Shown here: one piece after another, positions 1 to 13,046 of the stretch | Layout: each line of letters opens with the position of its first letter | Position numbering within the stretch: position 1 is the first letter of the stretch | NCBI GenBank assembly: GCA_036785375.1 | Contig: JAWMAR010000277.1 | Coordinates: forward strand, 1,612,001 to 1,676,000 | Reading direction: 5' to 3' | DNA: 64,000 nt | Source of the DNA: Leucoraja ocellata | Lineage: Eukaryota | Made by a program: the position numbers and the translations under genes | The notes under the pieces: generated by a model | The model's input: the letters and a program-made list of their open reading frames with translations, nothing else | What the model was told of the DNA's origin: nothing | Databases searched by the model: none

Positions 1-199
1 TTCTTCCCATTCCTTATGTGCCACGGAACTTGACAAATAGATAATGGTTACCACGGTTAAAGTTATAATTTCATGGAGTCAGTTGACTTGCCTTGTAACC
101 AGTTGAATTACTGCATCTGTAATGGTGAAATTACTGCTTGCATGTCTCCATATTTTATATTAATTCCATAAGGAACAGCTAAATTTATTCTGTAATAGA

Positions 200-340
200 T
201 TCTTGATTAGTAGAGGTGTCAGGGTTCTGGGGAGAAGGCAGGAGAATGCAGTTGAGAAAGAGAGATAGATTAACCATGATTGAATGGCGGAGTAGACTTG
301 ATGAGCCGAATGGCCTAATTCTGCTCCTGTCACATGAACT
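200..340 (+). mobile_element. CR1 LINE 3' tail fragment
   Basis: ggggagaaggcaggagaatg...gatgagccgaatggcctaattctgctcct, the same tail as other CR1 copies in the window. Confidence 0.7.
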
Positions 341-2062
341 TAGTAGTCAAATGAAAATCCTGTACCCAATTTGCTGCTTTTGTCTTGAGTGATTTTTGTC
401 TAGGTGTACTGAAAACTCTGCACTTGTGACTTTTTCTGTTTACCTCTTATGCAGACAGCTACCTTTCATAAAGTTCATCTTTATGCAATGCTTTGATTTT
501 TAAACAGTTTAAGAATATGAAGAATTATGTTGACAAAACAGAGTGTACAGATGACATATGTTGAGGATAGGATTTGGATCTGCTGTGCTGATTGAATGGC
601 ATGTTACTGCTTACTAGATTCACATCTGAATAACACTCAAATAGACAATGTGTAGGAGAAGGGTTAGCACCTTCCCTCTTGGCTGTTATTTACAGTTTTT
701 TCAACTACTTCCTCCCCTCCCTAAGCCAAAACAAGGTTGAATTACTGCATCTCAATGTATATTTTCCATAACACCTTACGATTTATGCCTTCCAAGTAGA
801 ATGCAGAGGGATAACTGCAAGCAACAGCAGTAAATGGGAAGCATGGTAACCATGCACAACAATATTCTCAGTGAAGCCTACATCTATAATCTAAAGAAAA
901 ATATCACAACTCTTTCAAGCATATCAGCTAATATCTCATTCTGCTTGTTAAAGTCTGCTAGACTTAAACTGTAAAATAATTCAAAAGACACAATTCTCAG
1001 TCAAAACCTTTTACTAAAACACCATGGTGGGAGAAGGACACAGAAACTTGAATGTACCGAATTTCACTCAAGTGCCTGCTATCGCCATCTAAGGGAATAC
1101 ACAGAAGTACAAGCACTATTTATACAGAGTAAAACAGGCCGAAGTACATGTAGTATTTTCTCATAGACACACAAAAGAAGCTAGTCTGCAAAAAGACATA
1201 ATAAGGTTCCTTTAATTGTGTTAAGGAGTTAGACAGGAGTTGTTAGAGAGTTATTAGGCAGCTGCAAAACCAAGAAGGCACCATTGTGTGATAAGAAAGC
1301 ATTACAGGATGTTAGTTCCGACATTGGAATGTCCAAACTCAGAGAAACAATTCTTATCAGTGGTTCTCTTGCATAGTGAAGGTCGATCTGCAAAGCCTGT
1401 TTTCTAATATACTAGTACATTTGACTTAAAATGTCAGCTATAGCTAGAATAAAATGTCTGCTACCGCGTTAACCCTTACATGCTTTTGGAACGATTATCC
1501 TATACTCATAGGATTTCTAGAAGCCAAGTTTTATTTAAATTAAAGTAGTCGCAGAACCTTGAGGAAATTCTTACCGTTGTTAAATCCTTGTAATTATTTT
1601 GAAATTTATTGATATTGAGACTGTGTTATGGAATAGATATTAAAGACAGTTTAATCATTCATTCAGTTATCTGCCTTCTAATGAGAGCAACGTAATGTGT
1701 TTGTTGTGGTAAACATTATTTGTGTGTTTAAATTATTTTTAAAGCATATACAATAACCAAAAGATAAAATGAAGGTTTTGAATATTTAGCAAGTTCATCA
1801 TTTAGTATTGTATTCCATAAAAATTGGCACCTACCAAACATATAAACATGCACCAAACACATAAACATGGAAATTTCAGAAATTATAAATACACTGGGTT
1901 TTAAAATTTTGAATAATAAAATAACTTGGTAATTTTGATCTAACGTAATTTAAGGTGGTCTCCTAACAATATGACACTGCTGATTTTGATTGTGTTCGCC
2001 AACATTTAATAACAATGTTTTGATTATCAAGTGAAAGTAAGAGACTCAATTTTGTATTACAG

Positions 2063-2125
2063 TGTACCTTAATGAGGCGGGTTTTAATTTTGTAAAGAAG
2101 TGCATTGAAGCTGTGGAAATGAGAG
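2063..2125 (+). CDS. ARHGAP42: ARHGAP42-like exon (first in window; start of RhoGAP domain)
   Basis: tacAG acceptor, GTAAG donor; reads [20 protein letters not shown], matching the recalled ARHGAP42 sequence [21 protein letters not shown]. Upstream exons lie outside the window. Confidence 0.93.
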
Positions 2126-3356
2126 GTAAGGGATAGGCCATTTTTTCCTTAACATTTGTAAGTAATGACATCTAAACTGACAAATACATTACAATTTCAG
2201 GTCTACCAATCATTATACTGTACATGTGGAATTGAGTTTGTGTGGAATATTCAGGTTAGGTAGTGCATGTGGAAGATATACACCATGCAGGACAAGGGCT
2301 CAAGTCAGGGGAAAGGCTGTAAAAGAAGCAAGAGGTATACAGGAATGATGCAAGAAATAGATGGCAAGAGGGAAAAAAATGAGGGTGGTGATTGGAAGTC
2401 TAGGGAAGACGTCTGCATTAAGGAGAAAGCAAGGCAGATGATGTTGAGTAACACTCAAAGCACATTATTAGTGGGGGGAGGAGATTGCTGAAAGGTTATA
2501 AGGTTTTCAATGTATTTAATGATGACGGGATAAGGTTGGCAAGATCAACTGGTTTGGTGAGGGTGAAGCTTAACATTTTCCTCTCGAAGGGAGGCAGATT
2601 CAGGTTGAAGGTTTAAAGATTATGGCTGTTTAGGGCAGTGTTATACTGCACTTTAAATCTCAGATTTACAGATGCTGATTTGTGTTCTTTCAGTTTTTAC
2701 TGCTTTAACCAGAATTGTAATGAGAAATAATTTGATTGTAACTTAGAATTGTGTTCATCATTGGGGCTAGAGACATGCACTGAATCAAGCGACTCCTCTG
2801 GAGAAGTAGAGAACGATTCTAGTTGCAGGGTTATTTGTACAATGAGAATGTCATCAATTGGAAAACAACGAATTGCGGAGTTTGGCAAAGTGAAGATTAA
2901 CGTAGCTTGAACTAAAGTGTGTGGTGCTGTTAACAAATAGAACAAGATAATGCTGACAATGCAGCTCAGAATACCACAATGATTAGCCAGCCAGAACATC
3001 ACATCAGTGTGACGGGTTACTTAAGAATGGATTGAAGAACTCCAAATTTTTTTCAGTATTATCCAGAGGGATCTATATTCAGAGTTGCAGTAGATTCCAG
3101 AAAAGGATATGAAGTCCAACAATAGCAATGACCAACCGTGTTCAAGCTCATTGTGGTTTTGATAGACTGGATAGAGAGTTGGCTCTTTGATTAGCATTGG
3201 AATTCTACTCAAATAGCCCATGTTATGTGTTTTACTGCATTACCAATTTAGTTGGGAAAACATGTCTTTAATATCCTGAGAGTGTGGTTAGCAGGTAAAG
3301 ATATTCTTGAACAATGACTCGTAGTTTATACGACTGCACATACTGTAGATATGCTA

Positions 3357-3568
3357 GGTTACACAAAAAAGCTGGAGAAACTCAGCGGGTGCAGCAGCAT
3401 CTATGGAGCGAAGGAAATAGGCAACGTTTCGGGCTGAAACCCTTCTTCAGTTTCGGCCCGAAACGTTGCCTATTTCCTTCGCTCCATAGATGCTGCTGCA
3501 CCCGCTGAGTTTCTCCAGCTTTTTTGTGTAACCTTCGATTCTCCAGCATCTGCAGTTCCTTCTTAAAC
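3357..3568. mobile_element. Penelope-like terminal repeat, fold-back (inverted) insertion
   Basis: Two opposed copies of the repeat that terminates the PLE at 9590-9716; 15-bp TSD ACTGTAGATATGCTA at 3342-3356 and 3569-3583. Confidence 0.85.
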
Positions 3569-4274
3569 ACTGTAGATATGCTAAACTTGCAAATAACAAT
3601 CACAGCATAATTTTATGCCCTAAATGTTGATAACTTTCTGGAGATTCCTGTTTGGTATCTGAAATCAGAGGAGTTCTGCATTTCTACCCATGACAATTAC
3701 ATTCACTCACTAACATGGTTATTTTTTTAAATGTTAAAATGGCATCAAATGCTTGATATTTATTCATTAAAATAATTGTGTTACTCTGACTAACTGGTGC
3801 AGTATTTAAGCTTTGGAAGAATGCATGCTTACTGCTCCAGTTCCTTGAAATTCAACACTATCTCTAGAGATTCACCGAGAACTGACAAAAGCTAATTCTC
3901 TCCCTTCGAGCAAGGATGTACGAATGTTTACCATGGCTAGGCCGTGACTTTCTACAAACTATGCTGGAGGTCTCAGTACCTTGGCTCTGAAATAGGGACA
4001 GTCGTGGCTGAATTAAACATAATTTACTCATACTTAAACAGAAAACAAGCAAATAAATATTTACTGTGATCGAAAAATGGTACTCATTCTCTAGAACATT
4101 TAAAATTTATAATACTAAACAAAACTGGAAAAATTAAAGTGCAAAACATTACAAATACACGATTGTTGATTGTTGTAAAGGCTAAATTGAAATTAAAGAT
4201 AGTGTGATTTTTGTGAAAAGGCCTATTTTTCACGTTTTTCCATCTTTCTCCTATTAAAATATGTACACTCTTAG

Positions 4275-4349
4275 GTATTAATGCCATGGGATTGTACAGA
4301 ATGAGTGGAGTAAATTCTAAAGTACAGAAGCTAATGAATGCAGTATTTG
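4275..4349 (+). CDS. ARHGAP42: ARHGAP42-like exon carrying the GAP arginine finger
   Basis: ttAG/GTAAG; (G)INAMGLYRMSGVNSKVQKLMNAVF; GLYR motif with Arg codon at 4298-4300; phase continues from previous exon. Confidence 0.95.
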
Positions 4350-4851
4350 GTAAGAAGATATTTTAATTTCCATAATGTTGGTGAACAGAGCATACAGGTA
4401 TGTTTGTTTGTTATAATAGGACAGAGAATACAAACATATTACACGTGTAAAATGTGATGACTTTACCTCTTAGACACAGTTTCAAATGTTTCCATATGTT
4501 AATAATCTGCCTTTTCTCAAAACAATATAATGCTAGATTTCAGAAGATATACTGTAGCTTGGTTTGTCGATTCACTAATTCAAACCATCAAAGAAGTTGA
4601 TTTTTTTTTTTTCAAACATTAAGGTTTGGGTTTGGATAAAGTTGTAGCTTCTTTTGAACATGCCATTATTATACAATTAAAAATTAATTATATTTGTCGT
4701 TGAAGCACATAGGAAATCCAGCAAGATTCTGCTTTAACCATATTTTCTCAATTGAAACCTGGCGAAAGAACTTATGTATAGCGACTTTCCATGAAGCAAA
4801 GGAACAATTTTTAATGAAAAGAATGCTTTTCTTAGTATTGAGAAAATAAAT

Positions 4852-4982
4852 GTTTAGGAAGGAACTGCAGATGCTGGTTTACACTGAAGATAGGCACAAA
4901 ATGCTGTAGTAACTCAGCGGGACAGGCAGTATCTCTAGAGAGAAGGAATGGGTGTTGTTTCGTGTCGAGACCCTTCTTCAGT
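4852..4982 (-). mobile_element. Penelope-like terminal repeat copy
   Basis: ggaaggaactgcagatgctgg...gacccttcttcag, reverse complement of the repeat family. Confidence 0.75.
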
Positions 4983-5308
4983 TTAGCTGATTTTGCTAAG
5001 ACAGTTCAGGGCCACCTGATTTATTAGTATCAGTGCAGATGATGATTAACTGAGCCAGTGCTGAATAGTTGGCACAGTTGTGCACACTTTAACCGCCAAC
5101 CAGTCTTGGCTCTTTAAAATTTCACATACAGATTGTCCTCGAAATATACTTAATTCAATTTAGACTCATTATAAAATATGTGAATTCTGATTCTAGGTAA
5201 AATTGTGACGTCAAACATTCTGATTCATGAATAAAGTTATGAATAATCAACTTCACTGCTGCATTTCAGTTAAACGTACCAGAAATAATGTGCTGCTTTA
5301 AACTTAGA

Positions 5309-5403
5309 CATAGAAACATAGAAAATAGGTGCAGGAGTAGGCCATTCGGCCCTTCGAGCCTGAATCGCCATTCAATATGATCATGGCTGATCATCCAACT
5401 CAG
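5309..5403 (-). mobile_element. CR1 LINE extreme 3' tail
   Basis: catagaaacatagaaaataggtgcaggagtaggccattcggccc; (TTTCTATG)n tail on minus strand, near-identical to 31945-32040. Confidence 0.8.
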
Positions 5404-6299
5404 ATTAGATAGAGCGTCTTGTTTCACCCTCTCCCTCCCACCCCCCTTTGATTTTTACAAGGTCTTAATCCCTATGTCCTATGTGGCCTTAGTTAAATTG
5501 TACTAGCTTGCAGAAGGTAGTACATGTTCCCTGGTTAGTAACAACGATTTATTCTAATTTGTAACATACGTGCATTATATAATTATTAATTAATTTGTTA
5601 TGTTAATTAATTATATCCAATTAATTTGTTGTATACAACAAATTGTTATATAATTTGTTGTCAAGACATCCTCACAAGGTAACCAATATCTTGTTCTTAA
5701 AACCTTAACACAGGGTAGCAGAATTGGGCAAATTAATTGATTATTTTCAGAAATATGTTCAAGCACACAATGAAACTTTATATAAATGTCAAATGTTGAG
5801 AATGCTGGTGAGGTTAAATTTGTCTTTTGGCATTATATAATGGTGCTTTAAAGAACTTGATCCTGTCAAGAACCTAGCCATTATTACAGTCCACAAAGTC
5901 CATACATTATAAGTACAATAGGCATTTCTACAACAAATTGGGGTATAAAGCTGAAGCTATTGTCCTTGGAATAAAAGTGTTCATTAAGTCATTTTTAAAC
6001 TGACTCATTCGCCGGCATGATGATGCTCATTGACATGAGAAAAGTGCTTGATTGTGTACGAAATTAAGTCTTAAAGAGTTTTGGATCATACAAGGATAGT
6101 TTCTTGACTTTGAGGCCGAGAGCAAAAGCAAGTAGAATTTAGCTATAAAAGATTATTTAGAAACTAAACTGGTGATAAATTGGCAGCTTTTTCAGAATAT
6201 TGGATTTTTTTCTACTCCTATTTGCGCCCCACCCCATCCCACTTTTAATTATTTTGTTTAGCGTGTTATACAAGTGCTATAATCTTTTTTATGAAGCAG

Positions 6300-6600
6300 A
6301 TGAGTTTGATGGGGAAACAGAGCTCTAATCTATCTAAACAAAGTCTTGGAATGAGACCTGGATGAGTTTAAAACAATCGTGGAATTGGGTGCCAGGAGAG
6401 TTTAAAAGGAGCGTGAGAAAGTTTCTTTGGGAAGTTTAAAGGGAGCATGAGAATGGGGCCCCAGTGAATTAAAAAGTTATTTGGAAACAGGGCTCAGGGG
6501 GGTTGTAAAAAGTGGCTGGGAGCAGGGTTTTGGGGCGTTTATAAGGAGTTCTGGAATCTCTTTATAAGGAGTATGTGATGTGGGCCCCTGTACTTTAAAT
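6300..6600. repeat. Degenerate ~34-bp minisatellite
   Basis: GTTTAAA-like core recurs at about 6366, 6400, 6434, 6467, 6502 and 6537. Confidence 0.6.
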
Positions 6601-7132
6601 GATTGCGGAAGACATCACCCAGTGAACCGGTTATTGAACCATCAAGATCTCAGAACAATCAGTGGATTAACAGAGTTTTAGCTGCTTATTCCTGCAGTAA
6701 AGGCCTGCACTGATTGTAATGCATATATACTTGGTATAATTGTGAGAGTGATGTCTGTCATGTGACACATGACAATTAATGCCTCTCAAACATACTCAAT
6801 CTTCTTTCCTTATTTCATATGCCCGGGGGTATATGCGAGAATATCCATACACACTATATGCACATGGACTAACCAGATGTATGGAGTGAGTGTTTATATT
6901 TAAGATTACGTTTTATTGCATAGCACTTAATTGTGCAAATACATTTCTCGCCCAAAATTCAGGGTTTTTTTTAAAATCTCCTGCTTCATTCTTAGCTGCT
7001 TTATGTAATTTCCCAGAAAACTTTGCAAATTAGTCATCTTAAAAAATATGAAATGTATGTAATTTATACATGCTTGTAATGTTGATCCATTCTAGATGCT
7101 AAACCTAATATTATGCACTGTTCTCTTAAAAG

Positions 7133-7217
7133 CGCTTAAAGCTCCTCCTGATATGGATCTTGACACTGAATTATGGGACATGAAGACAATTACAAGTGGG
7201 CTTAAAAACTACCTCAG
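7133..7217 (+). CDS. ARHGAP42: ARHGAP42-like exon (RhoGAP)
   Basis: aaAG/GTAGG; (A)[27 protein letters not shown](R). Confidence 0.93.
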
Positions 7218-7322
7218 GTAGGGGAAAACATGGAAAAACTACAGCAAAAATTGGATTTTTACCTACTTATTTTTTGTGATATAAAAACCTCATTTTGAAC
7301 AGTGTTGATATATGTATATATC

Positions 7323-8055
7323 TCTATACTTATAAAACTCTGATCTTGGATGTGTATTTATTTGTGTGTGTGTTTGTGTGTAATCACATCTTCGCGAAAA
7401 AACGACGCGGTAACGGTAAAATCTTTACATATTCCGGTAGCCATTTTCCCCCTGGAGTCCAAAATCGCCTTATCTGAAAATGTCATGCTTAATTTCTCGA
7501 GTTATTAATGAAAATGTTCAAAAATCTGACAAAACTGAATTTTAAAATGACTGTCTGTCGCTGATGACGTCACAATCGGTCATCGTGCCTTCTTCCTCGC
7601 CTGCGAGTGACATCACCCCCCCTAACCCTCCCTCCTGTTATTCAAAAGACACAGCCGGAGATGAAGTTGGGCCCTGGACTGAAGACCAAAGATCATAGTT
7701 GAAGACTGCGGCGGCCCAACTCGCGGACCATTGGTCGACGCTCGCTCGCCGACTCGTCCCCTCGCCATCACGCTGCCTTACCCCCTCACCGCCTTGTTCA
7801 GGGTTCTCGTGTCGGCGCTTGGTGGGGAGGTTGCTGTCGCTCTCTGCCTCTGCCTTCTGCCCCCAGCCCCTGCCCTTTGCCCCTGCCCTCTCAACTCCCT
7901 CTCCCTCTCTAGCCACGCCTGCGAGTTGGTGGCTATGCGTGAGTGGATAGGGAGGGGGATGGGGAAAAAGGAGCAAATTAACAATATAAATATAATATCT
8001 AGGTGGGTGGTTAGTGTGTGTGTGTGGGGAGTGGTTAGTGTGTGTGAGACGCCGC
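7323..8055 (+). mobile_element. Non-autonomous Helitron-like element, 5' part (3' end not found)
   Basis: Starts TCTATACTTATAAAACTCTGATCTTG, similar to the 5' end of the Helitron at 45177; GT microsatellite follows; GC-rich interior. Confidence 0.5.
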
Positions 8056-8057
8056 AG

Positions 8058-8189
8058 AGTCTGAAGAAGAGTTTCGGCCTGAAACTTTGCCTATTTCCTT
8101 CGCCCCATAGATGCTGCTGCACCTGCTGAGTTTCTCCAGCATTTTTGTGTACCTTCGATTTTCCAGCATCTGCAGTTCCTTCTTAAACA
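8058..8189 (+). mobile_element. Penelope-like terminal repeat copy
   Basis: agtctgaagaagagtttcggcctgaaac...cagcatctgcagttccttcttaaaca. Confidence 0.8.
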
Positions 8190-8527
8190 GCTTGATATGG
8201 TGCTTGTTTTGGGAAATCTGCAACAGTTGAGCAATGACTCATAGGCAACAGATGAACAAGTGCAGCTCATTGCTCAACACAAAATCTGCACTGATATATC
8301 CTGTTACATTTCTACAGATACAAAAGCATAAGCTGCTTATTGTATTTTTGCATGTGGCAGTATTTTATCTTGCCTCTTAAGAGAAAGATGCATGAAAACT
8401 GTTGTTTGCAAAAATGCTACTTATGCAACTAGTTGGAAATTCCCTTAATATTGCAAGGTACTTTTAAAATTGAATAATGTAGACTGTCAAAATTTTCAAG
8501 CCTACTATGTTTATTTTTCTGTTCTAG

Positions 8528-8586
8528 GTGTCTTGTAGAGCCATTGATGACTTACAAGTTACATAAGGATTTAATTGCTGCTGTCA
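8528..8586 (+). CDS. ARHGAP42: ARHGAP42-like exon (RhoGAP)
   Basis: ctAG/GTGAGT; CLVEPLMTYKLHKDLIAAV(K). Confidence 0.93.
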
Positions 8587-8768
8587 GTGAGTAGTTATTA
8601 TGAACTATGAATAAGGATTCGGTATTTCTTTGTGCACAGTGATAAAAGTAGTGGACCTAGACATACTTATCCTCTGGCTTATTAAATCTGCACTTTTAAG
8701 TGCCCAATTGTGATTTTGAACGTGGATTTTTACTTGCAGAGCCCTATTGCATACAATACCAACAAACC

Positions 8769-9716
8769 TTCATCCCCTCCAGGGAAGGACTCCATCCCCT
8801 ATTCCCAATTCCTCCGTCTACGCCGCATCTGCTCCCAGGATGAGGTGTTCCATACCAGGACATCGCAAATGTCCTAATTCTTCAGGGAACGGGGTTCCCC
8901 TCCCCCACTATAGATGAGGCTCGCACCAGGGTCTCCTCCATACCCCGTAACACTGCTCTCTCTCCCCATCCCCCCCACTCACAACAAGGGCAGTCCCCCT
9001 GGTCCTCACCTTTCACCCCACTAGCCGGCACATACAACAAATAGTCCTCCGTCAGTTTCGCCAGCTCCAACGTGACCCCACCACTCGCCACATCTTCCCA
9101 TCTCCCCCCGTCTGCCTTCTGCCAAGACCGCTCCCTCCGCAACTCCCTTGTCAATTCTTCCCTTCCCTCCCGCTCCACCCCTTCCCTGGGCACTTTCCCT
9201 TGCAAACGCAAGAGATCCTGTTGCTTTACCTCCCCCCTCGACTCCATTCAAGGACCCAAGCAGGCGTTCCAGGTGCGACAGAGGTTCAAATGCACCTCCT
9301 CCAACCTCATCTATTGCATCTGCTGCTCTAGATGTCAGCTGATCTATATCGGTGAGATCGTTTCACCGAACACCTCGGCTCGGTCCGCACTAACCAACCT
9401 GACCTCCTGGTGGCTCAGCACTTGGAGGAACAGCACCTCATATTCCGCTTGGGTAGAGTCTGCATCCTGGTGGCATGAACATTGATTTCTCACAATTCTG
9501 TTAACCCTTGCTGTCTCCTCCCCTTCCTACATCAGCCCTCGGGCTCCTCCTCTTCCTTTTTCCTTTCTTCTCCCCGCCACCCCCCATCAGTCTGAAGAAG
9601 GGTTTCGGCCTGAAACGTTGCCTATCTCCTTCGCTCCATAGATGCTGCTGCACCCGCTGAGTTTCTCCAGCATTTTTGTGTACCTTCGATTTTCCAGCAT
9701 CTGCAGTTCTTTCTTA
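8769..9716 (+). mobile_element. 5'-truncated Penelope-like retroelement (RT C-terminus, GIY-YIG endonuclease, terminal repeat)
   Basis: KDSIPYSQFLRLRRICSQD (PLE RT thumb) at about 8785; CTSSNLIYCICCSRCQLIYIGE (GIY-YIG) at about 9290-9356; 14-bp TSD AATACCAACAAACC at 8755-8768 and 9717-9730. Confidence 0.88.
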
Positions 9717-10796
9717 AATACCAACAAACCAGTCTTGCAAGGAAAACCCAAACAAAAGCTTGTATTTGTAATACATTTTTTAAGCTTCTTTGTGAACGTT
9801 GAATAACATGAGCAAAATGTTTTATTCTGTAGTGATGTTGAAGGGAGAATAATGATTATTGTTCATAGCTTTGATGGGCGGTACTGCTGATCAACAGGCT
9901 CAGAAGTTGTAATAGTCAGCAGAATGTTTTCCTTTTTATTGAATCATTACTACATGCAGTTTACCACATGGAAATTAGACCATTTGTTTCACCTGTTTCA
10001 GTGATTCTTCCAAAGCCATGAACCAAACAGATAAATGACAGTGGGAATGGTGGCAGAGAAGTTAAATTGCCAGACCAGTAATCCAAATGCCTGAACTAAA
10101 GATTTGAAATGAAGATAGTAAAGCAGTCCACAGCCACCCGCACCAGGACTTGGACATTGTTTATACTTGGGCTACTGAGTGTGGGGAAGAGTGAGCTGGC
10201 AAGGGAGGTAAAGTAGAGAGGGATGCAAGTGGAAAATGCAGCGACCGTTTTGACTTTATGGAGAAGTGGAAGTGGTAAACAACTGCTCCAGCTGAATGGG
10301 CAGTCTTATTCCTGGATCCCACCTTGAAGAAGAAAGTAAAAATAATTTTAGGCAACAGGCAGCAGAAAAAAAAATCTATGAAAGAGACAGCTTAATTAGA
10401 AAAGAACACATTTATATATTTGCGCATTAATTAATAACTAGTTATCTTTCCTATTAGGAAATCAAATAAAGGTGTGTCATTAAAAGAGCAATTGGTGAAA
10501 CGTGTAAAGTTTGGAATTAAATGAGGAGACAACTTTCACATTTTCTCACAAGTTGTCTCAATGCCTCCAGAACCCAGTGTTGAACTGATTAATGTAATGG
10601 ATTGCTACCCTTCTCTTTCCAGATGTGAAAGAGAGCCAGCTGTGCATTACATCACATATATAATTATTGCAAAATACATGCTTGTTTAGACAAAAGAACT
10701 AATATGCATAAACTGAGATATCAATATATAATGCTTTTCTACCAGTACTTCAAAAAAAAAGTTTCAGTACACTGAATCTATCAAAATTTTCTACAG

Positions 10797-10902
10797 AGTC
10801 AGATGATCAGAATTATCGAGTGCGTGCTGTTCATGCACTGGTTTATAAACTACCAGATAAGAACAAGGAAATGCTTGAACTCCTTCTTAAACATTTGGTG
10901 AA
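10797..10902 (+). CDS. ARHGAP42: ARHGAP42-like exon (RhoGAP)
   Basis: acAG/GTAAGT; [34 protein letters not shown](K). Confidence 0.95.
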
Positions 10903-13046
10903 GTAAGTAGCTTATCTTCTGCTAAGTTTAAGAATGCTCACGTAATTAAGCTTGCCAATTAGGGGTGTAGTTTTAACTGCTTTATCATGTAATTTCCAAT
11001 TTCTCCAACAATTCATGATTTCTGTCTCATAATTATTCTCAACATTCACAAGCAAAATGTTGTGAATGCTAATAAATATCTTACAGTTAATAGAATATTG
11101 TGAGCAATTTGAAGGGTGATTACAGTAATGTGTTACGTAAAGTTTGATTGATTTAACATCTGTTAAATTCATTTTGAATCTCCACCAAATGTTGGTTTAA
11201 TTTCAGATTTAAAAATTAATTTCAAATATTGTACCTTTTCACCACATTTAGATGAGAGTTTGGCTCAGCAATCTGCCCACAAGCATCTTGGTTGGAAAGT
11301 TATAGGTTCAAGTCATATTCCAATGACTTGGCCATTATAAATGAAGATAGATCCACAGTTTGCAAATACACCTCTCTGGTGACATGTTATCCAAAGTCCT
11401 TAAGGGGCAAATATCCACAATTCTTATCTGCTATGAACTCTGTGACTGCAGATTGAACCAATATTCGTGACCTTTGACCATCTTCTAAATTGGCCCATCA
11501 AGCTGTCCCATTGTATCAAGACCATTTAATTAATCCAAAATTAAAAATAAATCCAGAATAACCATCCAGCAATCACCCATGCCCAGAAAAAACAATGAAG
11601 AGATATGAGAAAAGCTGATAACAAAAGAACATCTTTAGCCAAAAAATAATCAAAGAAAGTCTTGGTGTAAAAGGTATAACTTTGTAGCTGCACCGACTGT
11701 AGTGATGTACTGTCAGAGTTTCCCCCAAAACTCTTTGGCAGTATCATTGCGACAGAATCCTGATCGAATGTCCCTCCACTAAGAATTAGAAACATCTATT
11801 TGAATGTTGGCCCCCATGGTGAATCGTCAGCATTTTCTCCCCATAGTATTCGTGATCAAGTGCACAAAGGTGGCAGTTATGTGTAGGAAGGAACTTCAGA
11901 TGATGGTTTAAACCGAAGATAGACACAAAAATCAATAATAATCCCACAATAATCCCAATAGCAAAGAAACCAGTTGTTGCCAGCCTAAATGATACCGCCC
12001 TGTCGCCCTGACCCACCTAGTAATGAAGTGTTTTGAATGCCTGGTTAAACCTCACATTACATTCAGTCCCCCCTCATCGTTAGACCCCCTCCAATTTGCC
12101 TATCACCCCAACTGCTCTACAGAAGATGCCATCTCTACTACGCTGCACTCAGTACTCACTCATCTGGAAAACAAAAACACCTACGCCAGAATCATGTACA
12201 TTGACTTCAGCTCAGCTTTTAATACCATCATCCCACAGAGACTTGTGGAGAAACTAACCCTGCTGGGCCTCAACACCACTCTGTGTCACTGGATCCTGGA
12301 CTTTCTGACACAGAGACCATAGTCAGTCCGTGTTGGCAAGATCACCTCGGGCTCGATCACGCTGAGCACTAGCTCCCCTCAAGGCTGTGTGCTCAGCCCA
12401 CTGTTGTTCACACTGCTCACACATGACTGTGCTGCCAGATTCAGGGACAACAGGATTATTAAATTTGCAGATGACACCACAGTGGTGGGACTCATCAGTG
12501 GAGAGGATGAAACAATGTACAGGGAGGAAGTGAAACACCTAGTGGACTGGTGCGGCAACAACAATCTAGAATTAAACGTAGAAAACACAAAGGAGATGAT
12601 TGTCGACTTCATGAAGTCACAGCCCAAACACACACCCCTCAACATCAGTGGCACCACGGTGGAGAGAGTGGAGAACATAAAGTTCCTCGGAGTGCAGATC
12701 ACAGACAGTCTCACCTGGTCCAGGAACAACACTGGGATTGACAAACGGGGCCCATCAGCGACTGCACTACCTGAGGAAACTCAAAGAGGACTCACTCCCC
12801 ACCAACAACCTCAGGACATTTTACAGGCGCACGGTGGAGTCTGTACTCACGTACTGCATCAACATGTGGTACTCCAACTGCAACTGCTCAGCCAGGAAGG
12901 CTCTGCAGAGGGTAGTGAGGGGAGCAGAGAGGACCATTGGCGTCTCCCTACCCTCTGTACAAGAACTGTTCCAGAGCCGCTGCCTGAAAAAAGCACTGAG
13001 CATAGTAAAGGACAGACTGCACCCCCTCCACACACACCTGGATTAG

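Noticed and set aside
1-2062. Further upstream ARHGAP42 exon (end of PH domain)
   Set aside because: No convincing AG/GT-bounded match found by eye; probably outside the window
3314-3603. Near-identical ORFs on both strands
   Set aside because: Consequence of the palindromic PLE insertion, not a protein
7638-8129. Overlapping ORFs of 80-130 aa
   Set aside because: GC-rich, low-complexity repeat interior; no recognisable domain
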